Below, one piece after another: positions 12,115 through 22,413 of a stretch of DNA of 64,000 bases. This DNA is from Eledone cirrhosa (taxonomy: Eukaryota): the NCBI GenBank assembly GCA_964016885.1, contig OZ024740.1, forward strand, positions 307,768,001 to 307,832,000, read 5' to 3'. Position numbers and translations under genes: made by a program. The notes under the pieces were generated by a model. The model did no database searches. It was not told where the DNA came from and was given only the letters and a program-made list of their open reading frames with translations. Positions within the stretch are counted from its first letter, which is position 1; the number at the start of each line of letters is the position of its first letter.

Positions 12115-14910
12115 ACTGTGCCCATGATTATTACCCTGCCATGGTGACACAGCTTGCATGCTCTAATAATCCCAAGAGCTATGCTGGTGGGAGTTCATCT
12201 CCAGATAGTGCCACTTATGCTAGACAGGTTGAGGGCCAAGAGCCAGACTAAAATAATCAATCACCCTAAAGGAGTAAACCTCAATGATGAAAAATCCCCT
12301 AGCCAGGCTCATAGTGAAGTCATGGGGAGCAACATGATGGCTGCGTTTGTTTTGGTGAAATACATAAAACGCTGGGTGGAAGAACTTACAAAGTCAGTGG
12401 CCAGGGCCACTCAGTTCAATAAGGTAACTGCTGCAACATCAACAGGTGTCGTGTCCATAAATGGAATATACAGCTAATGTTAGAAAATCATGACCCTTTC
12501 TCATTTCAGACTCTCAAATGGAAACCCACACACCTGTTACATCTTGCTACTATCCAACAAATGTCTTTGATAAGGCAGAGGTTGTTACGTTCTACCATGA
12601 ACTCTCTTTTCTTGTGAGACAAACATCTTTTCATGTCTTACTTATAGGAGGAGATATGAATGCTCACTTTTCAAAGGATGAATACAAATACAGCTTCTAT
12701 GAAATAACTAATTAGAATGGAAGATATCTGCATGAATTGATATCTGAAAATGGTCTCATCTGTCTTAACACACAACATTAAAAGCGAGTTGGCAAGCAGA
12801 GAACATTCACAAACCATAATAGTATAAAAGTACAATTAGACTACATATTTGTTAACAAAAAATGGGTTAACAGTGCCATAAACTGCATGACATTTGAAAT
12901 GTTTCATAATGTTTCTTCTGACTACAGGATAGTATCAGCTAAAATTCACCTCAGCCTAACATCAAATAAAAAGCCTGAAACCAAATGTAAATGCTACAAC
13001 AGGTTATTTCTAGCAAATATTGATATATGCATTCAATTTGCAATTACTTTAAGAAACAGATATGCCCTGCAAACTACTTCTGAAATCATCTCTCCCAACA
13101 AGGAGTATGAAGATTTTGTTACTGCACACAAGCAAGCAGAAGATGAGTACATCCCACCGAAGCTAAAATTTAAACAGAGTTCCCTAGGAAACTGCAGCTG
13201 TTACAGAAAAGAGAGAAACATGTAGAAATATTTCTAAACTATAAAGAACAAACTATACAAGATCAAACCTATAGAGTTCTAGCACAGAATGAATTAACCA
13301 TGAAATATCAAAAAAAGCAAGAGCTTTAAGAACAAATCAATAATATCACAGTTTCTACTGACAATAAACAATCATCAATGACACGGAAAATCTTAACAAA
13401 GTAAACAGAAGAAAGAGCTCCTCCTCAAAATCCAAACTGAAAGCAACAAGTAAAGTTGAACGATTCAAACTGAGGTGAGATCATTTTAAAAACTTACTTG
13501 GTAAACCACCTGAAATTACCAACTTTAAAATTAGAAAGGTCATTCACCATCAACTCAACATACAACTTGGGGAGTTTGGACAAAATTTTGTCTGAAGTTT
13601 GGAAAACGTGGAAATTTAATGACATTCTTCTTAGACACTGTAATGTTATGTACCATCAAAGCCGTATAAATAAAGGATCCATCCTCCCATTTCCAAAGAA
13701 GGGAAATATTGGTGTCACCATAAACTATAGGGGGATTACCACCACTGCCATATCTGCCAAAGCCTACAATGCCATGCTACTCAATCTTATGTGACAAGAG
13801 ATTGAGAAAATCTTGAGGAAAAACCAAAATGGCTTTCAAAGAATAGATCAACATCCACCCAGATTCTTGCAGTCCGAAGAGTTATTGAAGGAGTTTGCAC
13901 GAGGAACCTGAAAGCAGTCCTCCTATTTGTTGACTTTTCTAAGGCTTGATACACAAAGGGAAAATGGAAGAAATAGTTCTTGCATATGGTATCCCAAAGG
14001 AAACTGTCAATGCCATCCTGATGTATAGGAATACTCAATTTATAGTTTGTTCTCCAGATGGCAACACAGTTCTTTGACATAGTGGCTGGTGTCTTCCAGG
14101 GAGACACCTTCACACCCTACCTGTTCATTATATGTATAGATTATGTTTTACATATCTCTGTGGATGAGATAAGGACAAAGGATTCATCTTCAACCAACCA
14201 GAGGAAGACATTTTCCAACTGTAACCATCACAAATGCTGACTATGCTGATAACTTGGCAGTACTAGCTGATGAGGTTTCTGATGCAGAGTCTCTCTTGTA
14301 CAGCCTTGAAAGTGTTGCTAAAGGTGTTGGTCTCTATGTCAACATGGACAAGACAATACAGCCAGATGTACAACCAGAGTGCCAACATTAACTCCACACC
14401 TGAAAAATACTTGAAAATGTTGACAAATTCACATATCTTGGAAGTAAAATTGCAAAGGAAAATCTGTCCGCAAGTGATATTCATGTCCGAATTGGCAGCT
14501 TTAAATAAATTATCAATGCCCTGGAAATCTAAGCTTCCATTGAATTTGAAACATGATTTCTTTCAAGCGGTTTTGTAGTCAGTTCTGATATATGGATGTA
14601 CAACATGGTCTCTAAAATGTTGTCTTGAAAAGAAAATTGATGGACCTATACAAGAATGCTTTGAGCTGCTCCGGACATCTAAAGACAACACCCTACACAA
14701 GAACTTCGCTATGGAAATTTACCATTAATATCACACATCAACAGAGAAAGAAGAACCAGATTCATTGAACGTTGCTGGAGAGCAAAGGATGAGATCACTA
14801 GCAACAGTCTTCTTTGGGAACCAAAGCATGGGTACGCAAATGTTTGTAGACCATATCAAACCTACATAAAACAACTGTGCAAGGATTCTGAGTGCACACA
14901 AGAAGACCGC
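12115..14910 (+). mobile_element. Degenerate RTE-clade LINE with 5' UTR
   Basis: RTE-type leader (ccctgccatggtgacacagcttgcatgctc..gagctatgctgg); IGGDMNAH, SSDYRIV, NYRGIT, FFDIVAGVFQGDTFTPYLFII, DYADNL; many stops. Confidence 0.9.
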
Positions 14911-15019
14911 ATATATACACACATACACACATATACACACATATATATACATATACATACACACATATATATACATATACACACACACATATATATATTA
15001 TTTATGGTCATACATGGAA

Positions 15020-16612
15020 CAAGACACTGCCCAAGGTTTCAAGGGCCAAATTTGACCATACATCCAGAAAACAAGAGGCAGCAAAATAGTGACCTTTCTT
15101 CAGGCGCTTATATGAGTTTATAAGATATTGAAAGTAAATTTTGCTATGAAATAATACATAATAAAACAAAGAGAAATAACTTCAAGATGTAAATTTGAAT
15201 TTTGAGATCAACCACATGTTTGTGTTTGTATACTATAACAGAAGTATTGTATTATGTGATGGAATGTAATATAAAGACAGTAATATTTATTAATGTATCA
15301 AGTATAGTAGTATAGAAAGGGTATTGTATGATGAGTGGAAAGAGAAAGAAAAAATATAATGGAAGTATATAAATCAAATTAAGGTGGTTGAAATTCAGTC
15401 GAATTTGTTGAATATTTTCACTTAGCAAGCAGTTGGAGTTTGAGATAGAGGCATCCCCTAAAAATTTTGCCCTTTAAGTTCAAGTAAATATTGTTTGGAG
15501 ATGGCAAACTTTGTAATATCCTAAATTTCTTACTCAGAGATGACATTTCTTGGTACTGTTGGTGTAAGATCCGGATCTGTCAGTTACCTTCCAAGGTATT
15601 TTATATGGAACACCTTTTTCCTTTAATTGCAAGACATTTTTTGCCAGTGCTGTACTGGGTTTCATATCAAGATCCCTGAAGGAGTGGAGGTGTGTAAAAA
15701 TGTTGCACTATACCAAGGTATCTTTCGCTAACTTCAGTATTTTCTGTGTTGTTCTGTGAAATCTCTGCCTCATACACAATGGATTTGGTATTACATTTCT
15801 GTTGGAGAGGGCAGTTCTCTTTAATCCTACAAGAGTAGCTTGGATTGACATTGGGTATATTCTTTGCAGTAATTTTTTATCTCATAGACAGACCACGGGA
15901 ATAGGATATCCTGATGGAATTGCAATTGAATATTTTACTGTATCTATGTTGTGGTGGGAAATGTCTATCTGTTAAAACTAAAAACCTTCTTACATTAGTC
16001 TTTACTTTAAGGGAAAAGGTGGGTATGAACCAGATAATTCTTTTTCTGTAAGTATTTTTGGTATGGTTTGGTTTGGGAATGATTGGGTGTGTACTTAATT
16101 TTGTCCTTAAAACCACTATCTAGGAGGGTTTGGTTTTGAAATAAGGAGCAGCCTTATAAAAAATCTCCCTGGTTGCTGATAGATTTGAGATCCTATGCCT
16201 AATATTAGAAACTAAGTTTTTAAAAACAGAAGGGGGTTGGGGGCGGGATGTGGCTTTATCAATATATTTCAATTTTTTGTTAGGTTTATAGTATGGTTCA
16301 TACAAAGCTGTGGTTAGGCCTAAGTTTACATCAAGGAAATTTGCATTAGTAAGATTTGTATTAATTGTAATTTTAAGTCCTTGTACTTAAAAGGCGCCAA
16401 TTAAATTTTTATGAAATCTGTTCAGAGTCTGTCCGTTACAATCATGTGATAACAAAAGACAAACATCTCAGTACAGACCAAAGGAGTGGTTGGAGGATTT
16501 AGACTTTAGTGTATGGAGAATGTATTGATATAAGCCAATAAGATTACAAACATCAACACAGTCATAAGACCCCATGGAGACATCAAAAGAATCATCAGTC
16601 AGATTTTTTTGA
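15020..16612 (-). mobile_element. 5'-truncated Penelope-like retroelement (RT + C-terminal GIY-YIG), probably Naiad-type
   Basis: FDVSMGSYD..GLY.D RT core; YEPYYKPN thumb; RKRIIWFIPTFS..HFPPQH..KIFNCNSIRISYS linker; SCRIKENCPLQQKC..IVYEA nuclease; HHR relic at the 3' end. Clade label is from recall. Confidence 0.88.
15021..15110 (-). ncRNA. Degenerate type I hammerhead ribozyme with long helix II (PLE 3' repeat)
   Basis: Minus strand: aagcgc-CTGAAGA-aaggtca...tggccctt-GAAA-CC-tt-GG-GC-agtgtctt; U16.1 replaced by G and stem I imperfect. Confidence 0.65.
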
Positions 16613-16614
16613 CC

Positions 16615-16957
16615 CAAGTAGAGTAAAGGCATTTTCTACATCAACAAAAGCTAAATATAATGGCTTATTCTTGAAGAGGAACTTCTCTTGTAGTTGCCTC
16701 ACAAAGAAGAGGGCATCTGTAGTACTTATCCCAGTCATGTAACTGAACTGTATCTCATCTAATTTAACTCTTTCCCTAATTAGTTGTGCTATAACTGTTT
16801 CTATCACTTTCATAGCTTGGTTGATTAGTTTTATTCTTCTGTAGTTCCTCCTTTCTAGAGCATTACCTTTGCCCTTATATCAAATTATGAATATACTGCT
16901 GCATCAGTTATTGGGTATGACTCCATCCTGTATTACCTGATTGACTATGCAGGTTAC
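16615..16957 (-). mobile_element. RTE-PHD family RT fragment
   Basis: MKVIETVIAQLIRERVKLDEIQF..STTDALFFVRQLQEKFL..PLYLAFVDVE. Confidence 0.85.
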
Positions 16958-16973
16958 TATATATATATATACA

Positions 16974-17279
16974 CAGTGGAACCTCAGTTCATGAACTTAA
17001 TTCATTCCTGAAGGACATTTGTCACTTGATAAGTTTGTCAACTGAAACCATATTTCCCATATGAAATGTTGAGAGAGAGACTGTCAGAAAGACAGATGGC
17101 TATCACAATAGTAACTAATGACACAGCAAGTGATACTTTCCCGCCGACACTCCCAGCTTGTCGGCAACCGTTGTTGCTGGTTTGTGGGTTCATTACTCAA
17201 GACACCATTCGTCACCCAAGTTGTTTTATGTTTGGAAAAATTGTCTATGAACCAATTTATTCATGAACCGAGGTTTCAC

Positions 17280-17281
<2 letters not shown>
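16974..17281. mobile_element. Tigger/pogo-type MITE
   Basis: TIRs cagtggaacctcagttcatgaa / ttcatgaaccgaggtttcactg; sits between TA/TG microsatellites. Confidence 0.8.
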
Positions 17282-17312
<31 letters not shown>

Positions 17313-17486
17313 GATAATGATGATATTTTAAAGTTTTTGCCCCGATGTAGCTGTAAACATAAGTATGTGAATTATGTATATCTAATGATATAACGAATAA
17401 ACATTTGGAAAGCCTTCCAACTATGAATATTGAAAAGCTGATGGTCAGCGCTGTCTAGCGGATTCCAGCACAAGTATCAGGGGACA

Positions 17487-17527
17487 ACTGCCAATGAGTT
17501 TCTGGCTTTGACCTTCATCAGGACAAT
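17487..17527 (-). ncRNA. Minimal type I hammerhead ribozyme relic
   Basis: Minus strand: attgtc-CTGATGA-a-ggt-caaa-gcc-a-GAAAC-tc-AT-T-ggcagt; 6-bp stem I; the partner arm reads GAAACACGTT, suggesting an ancestral palindromic GAAACGCGTT. Confidence 0.6.
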
Positions 17528-17613
17528 GCTTCCCCTGTTCTTTGAAACAGGTGAAAATATATAGTTGTTTCGCCTTGGTAGATGGGCTGATTAGCTTCAT
17601 TTGCCTGTGGAGC

Positions 17614-18163
17614 TGTAGTGACCTACATTCCGCGGGCTCACATACATTCTCTGTGCGTGATTTGGCTCAGTTCAGCCAATCAGCGCCAGTAGAAGAGGAT
17701 GTATCCCTACGCGCCCTGAGGAAGAAATTCCCCGCGAAGATTTGAAGAATCTCGCTCTGGTACCAGAAACTTCGAGCCAGCAACACGCATAATGTAGCAG
17801 TGAGATATTGCACCCCTAGCCTCGCCGGCTTAACGGCGCATTGGCACATTCCCTTTTGTAACCTCTTTTTATCTGTAACTTCAACCATATAAATAAACAA
17901 ACATTTCATCTCTAATTACTGCAGTTGAAGTCGTTATGTTACTCGTGTCTCAATGACATCTTTAATCCATGCTGCTGGAATTGGCGACCTGCCGAAAGGA
18001 ATATTGTAAATAGATGGTAAATAGATCGAGGGACCTTCCCTCACGTCTATGTCAACAAGATAATCCAATGAGGATACTATCACTTACCACACTGGCAACT
18101 AACGACCACTGATTCTACCACCCTGCTAAAGTGGCGATAACATCTATAACTAATACTGCTAAA
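17614..18163 (+). repeat. 5' LTR
   Basis: TGTAG...GCTAAA; AATAAA at about 17892; differs from the 3' LTR by 6 substitutions and one 3-nt indel. Confidence 0.95.
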
Positions 18164-18164
18164 G

Positions 18165-18177
18165 TGGTGACCGACGT
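18165..18177 (+). promoter_or_regulatory. Primer-binding site, tRNA-Trp-like
   Basis: TGGTGACCGACGT vs TGGTGACCCCGACGT (complement of the tRNA-Trp 3' end), 2 nt shorter; 1 nt after the LTR. Confidence 0.7.
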
Positions 18178-19750
18178 AAGAATATCACGCAGCCCTTCTT
18201 ATTCATTCAGTTTAACTTTTATTGCCACGTCGCAACTTGCGAAAATCCAGAATATTCCTTTTAAGATTTTTGAAAAATTGGCAGTATTTCAAAAACTTTT
18301 TCGCCACGAAAAAATTTCAAGATGGCTACCGACATGTCATGGCTACGCTTGACAACAACAATGACAGCAGCAGCGACAGCGTTGTTTAACCACTGACCAA
18401 TACAGGGAACAGTGAGTGGCAGCTTCATAACCTTACCGACGCCAACCACCACACATCGGAAATTTCAAAACGGCTTGTAACTTTACCGACGCAACCACCA
18501 TACCTTCTGTCTCGTTACCACAGGGACGCGAGAAATTGAGACAGTAGTTTTCTCACCATTATGGCGTCAGACGTGACTGCCATATTTTGTGACTCCTACT
18601 CTACAGAAGATTCTTTGACATTACTTTAACAATAAGCAACACTACCGTGTGGCGGGACGGTAAGATGGCCACGAAATCTCACAAAAACACCATACATCTA
18701 ACCCCTAACGGCATTAGAAAACTTCTTTTTCAGTTTTCAGATCGAACTAGTGTCTGTACACTGGTGATGTGTGAACTATTTGACTTTGAAAAACTTTGAA
18801 CTTATTGAGCAATTTCTCTGCTCCCCTAGATTGACTTTGAATTATCAGTTTGTTACATTCACATATTTCTTTGTAGAATGCATTTACTTGTTTTGTGCTC
18901 TTTTGCTATTTGTTTGCTCATGGTTTTTGTTCATTCACATTCTTTGCTGTTTTACATGCCTGCATATGCACACATTTTTTTTATCACACACCAACATGTT
19001 GTTCTTGGTATATGTTCTTCAAACGTAATATTCTGCGAGTCCCTTTTCACCTGGTTGAGATGCTGTCACATGCTAGCAGCTCACAGAGCTTAATCCACTG
19101 GATTCAAACAGGCACCGCAACACGAGAATACATTGCAGCTGAACTCAAACAGCTTCGCATCTCGTTGCACACTGATCGTCCATGACGGCCATCCGTCTTG
19201 TTGTTTTTGCCCGACTCGCTGGGAAAGCAACAAATTGAACTGGACTTGTTAGCATTTCGGCCACTTCTGTGGATTCGCCCGAATTATGGAATTTACACTG
19301 CAACCCACCTACAGATTAAACTTGCCTTTTGTTCTTTACAAAGCAACCAGCCATTTTTTCCTGGCTCCACAGCACATTCGACAATACATCTGGGGGCCAT
19401 CATTTTCTCGCCAGCACTGGTAAACTACCATAATAGCTTCGTTCACAGCTACTGGTACAACGCTTACCATTAACATTTAATGCAAGAACAGCAACTCCGC
19501 CCATGTCAGACTTTATCCGTTTTTTGTTAGACCTTTGGCGGTCACGTATAAACAACAAAACAACTGGTCATTTGACACAGCGGCTCAACACGGCCCGTGG
19601 CGCCTAATTTTTTGTTCTTGCATGCAACCTTCTGCTCAATTATTTTTTCACTGATGTGCTCTTTCAGCATTTGTTCTTGCTGATTTAATAATATGTGGGT
19701 CCTTGGTTTCTTCGTTATCGATTTTCGGCTGAAAATCTGGTTGGAGGTGA

Positions 19751-20303
19751 TGTAGTGACCTACATTCCGCGGGCTCACATACATTCTCTGTGCGTGATTT
19801 GGCTCAGTTCAGCCAATCAGCGCCAGTAGAAGAGGATGTATCCCTACGCGCCCCGAGGAAGAAATTCCCCGCGAAGATTTGAAGAATCTCGCTCTGGTAC
19901 CAGAAACTTCGAGCCAGCAAGACGCATAATGTAGCAGTGAGATATTGCACCCCTAGCCTCGCCGGCTTAACGGCGCATTGGCACATTCCCTTTTGTAACC
20001 TCTTTTTATCTGTAACTTCAACCATATAAATAAACAAACATTTTATCTCTAATTACTGCGGTTGAAGTCGTTGTTATGTTACTCGTGTCTCAATGACATC
20101 TTTAATCCATGCTGCTGGAATTGGCGACCTGCCGAAAGGAATATTGTAAATAGATGGTAAATAGATCGAGGGACCTTCCCTCACGTCTATGTCAACAAGA
20201 TAATCCAACGAGGATACTATCACTTACCACACTGGCAACTAACGACCACTGATTCTACCACCCTGCTAAAGTGGTGATAACATCTATAACTAATACTGCT
20301 AAA
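19751..20303 (+). repeat. 3' LTR
   Basis: Direct repeat of 17614-18163. Confidence 0.95.
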
Positions 20304-20439
20304 GAGCTGTACAAGCCAGAAACACGTTGGCAGCCATCCCCCGCTACTCCTGCCGGAATTCGCCAGATGGCGCTAGCTGTCAGCTTTTCAATATTCAGAA
20401 CAAGAATTCCAAATGTTTATCAGCAGCCACCAATGACAC

Positions 20440-21010
20440 TCCAAATGTCATACCAGTGCTGCTACTGAATGTCAGGGGCCTGGTAAAACTGACCAACATG
20501 TGTAAGATCCCCTACCTTGTTGGACCTTACAAATGGGCTCTTTATGGAACTATTGGTGCTTTAGCCAACAAGAAGTGAGAATATCCTGGATAACACGGAA
20601 CTCATCCACAATGTGAAAGTGATATCAACAATTTTCTGGGACCATAATATAGTAGAACTAGTAATGTATAGTCCCAGCCAGGAAGACAGTAGATATGCAG
20701 CCAACAAGAAGCACTTGGTCTCTATCCAGCTTAAACTTCAACAAAGCTACACTAACTGGAAAAGGATTCAGGAGATCCTGAAGCAAAACTGGACAGGCAG
20801 TTTCTCTAAGGAAGATGTCAACATACAACTTGAGCAATTCATGGAAATAATATAAGCCATAAGCTCTAAGTTTGCCCTGGAAAGAAATAAGTTCCATTTT
20901 TGACATGGTTTTTACAGTTGGAGGCCTTCTTATTGCCAACTACATTAGAAATAAATGAAAGAGAATACAAAAGTATCTACAAGCACCTTTTTGACAAAAA
21001 TAAGGTTGCT
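20440..21010 (+). mobile_element. Internally deleted CR1/L2-like LINE endonuclease fragment
   Basis: VLLLNVRGLVKLTNMCKIPYL (APE start); TNWKRIQEILKQNW..FSKEDVNIQLEQFMEII linker. Confidence 0.5.
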
Positions 21011-21401
21011 ATTGAAAAGTAGTGAATGTTTTTATTGTGTCATTGAAGATTTGGTCTTTAAATTCATGTGTTATATTTATGGTGATCTGCCTATGAAGTT
21101 CTAATCCTTTTTTGTACATTTCTTACTTGTTAGAGCTTTTCAGTAACCCCGAGCAGTTAATTATGAGATAGAAGTAAACATTTGTTACTTTCAAATAAAT
21201 AATTATTTTACTTGAGAGCAGCATATGCTTATTTAATGATAGAAATTACGAAGTCAACATTGTAAAGAGGAAAATGTTTACAATGCAATTTATTGTTTAT
21301 CTACAGCAGTAAATTAGGAGTGAATAAAATTAGAAGAAAAAATTATTGTTGTAATCAGTCTTTCCTACTTTAAGTATTTGCTAAAAATGCTATTAGAAAA
21401 T

Positions 21402-22075
21402 TTTTCATAGCTTTAGGCTTCAGGTTGGGATATGGTATTACAATTACTCCTTTGTGTATGCTCCAAATGAATTTGTTGAGCAAATTGTAAACAACAAGAT
21501 TGAAATCACTGGGTATCGATCTAAACCTTTATTATAATTAACTCCCAAAATTTGCTCCATATTGGTGACATGATGCTGCTTTTAAGCATTAACACCAACT
21601 CCAGCCAGTCAGCCATTGTTGCTGTCACTTGATGACCGAATAGCAGTTAATACCACACGTGGGATACTGGTACTGACCTGAAAATTTAGTAGTAAGGTTG
21701 ATTTTCGGGAATCCTTTATAGGACTGCTGGTTGATGATAATTCCTTTGTCTGGAGCTTGTTGGTTATGGATTTATTATCAATCGATCACCAGCGAATTCT
21801 CCATGGAATTTGAAACAGTACTATACCAGCTTAGATGTAGATTTTTTAGAGTCTGGAGGATTTGTGTGTGCTAAACTAGGAGGATACTGGCTGTTTCAAT
21901 TTATGAAATTGTGAGTACTTTAACGTTTTTCATATGTTAAGCTGTCGATAGAATAATTACATTGTTTTCATTCCTTTAGTCTTCTGGCTGGGGTATTGTA
22001 TTACAATTACTCCTTTGCGTATACTCCAAATGAATTTGTTGAGCAAATTGTAAACAATAAGATCGAAATTACTGG
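21402..22075 (+). mobile_element. Non-coding, terminally redundant HHR-bearing unit A (retrozyme-like or PLE-derived)
   Basis: About 110-bp direct repeat at 21402-21512 and 21965-22075 (period 563) enclosing HHR relics. Confidence 0.65.
21726..21830 (+). ncRNA. Degenerate type I hammerhead with about 70-nt helix II
   Basis: gctgg-TTGATGA-t-aattcc..tggag..ttgttggt..accagcga..ctcca..ggaatt-t-GAAAC-AGTACT-ATA-ccagc; stem I gctgg/ccagc; near-palindromic stem III. Confidence 0.7.
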
Positions 22076-22203
22076 CCCTTGCCATTCTGAGTTCAAATCC
22101 TGCCGAGGTTAATTTTGCCTTTCATCCTTACGGGGTCGATAAAATAAAGTACCAGTAATACACTGGGTAATTGCTGGCCTTGTGCCAAAAGTAGAAACAA
22201 TTA
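22076..22203 (+). mobile_element. 5'-truncated tRNA-SINE
   Basis: B box gagttcaaatcc followed by the family body and tagaaacaatt tail. Confidence 0.85.
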
Positions 22204-22413
22204 TATATATAATCCTCATCATTGTTTAATGTCTATTTTCCATGCTAGCATATATATATATATATAGGGAAAAGAGTCGGGACCCTGATGGCAAATATAG
22301 CAGTATGAATACTGTTGGCTTAGTCCTGACTCCCATAAATATTGAGTACTCTGGTGCATTATGGTCCACCTGGTATCTTACCACACCTTCTTTGTATATA
22401 TACATATATATAT

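Larger units (their letters stand above)
17614..20303 (+). mobile_element. Non-autonomous LTR retrotransposon (Ty3/gypsy-like, non-coding 1.6-kb interior)
   Basis: Direct LTRs of 550 and 553 bp; GAGC TSD at 17610-17613 and 20304-20307; PBS after the 5' LTR; purine-rich ggaggtga before the 3' LTR; no gag/pol ORF. Confidence 0.93.
17397..20420. repeat. Inverted-repeat element (arms 17397-17527 and 20304-20420) with HHR relics, interrupted by the LTR element
   Basis: ataaacatttggaa..tgaatattgaaaagctga..gcgctgtctagcggattcc..ctgccaatgagtttctggctt matches the reverse complement of 20313-20420. Confidence 0.8.

Noticed and set aside
14731-15089. Low-complexity ORFs (also 33248-33618, 38869-39078)
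   Set aside because: Translations of TA/CA microsatellites
17667-20037. Duplicated 77-80 aa minus-strand ORFs
   Set aside because: Chance frames within the two LTRs with no recognisable motif
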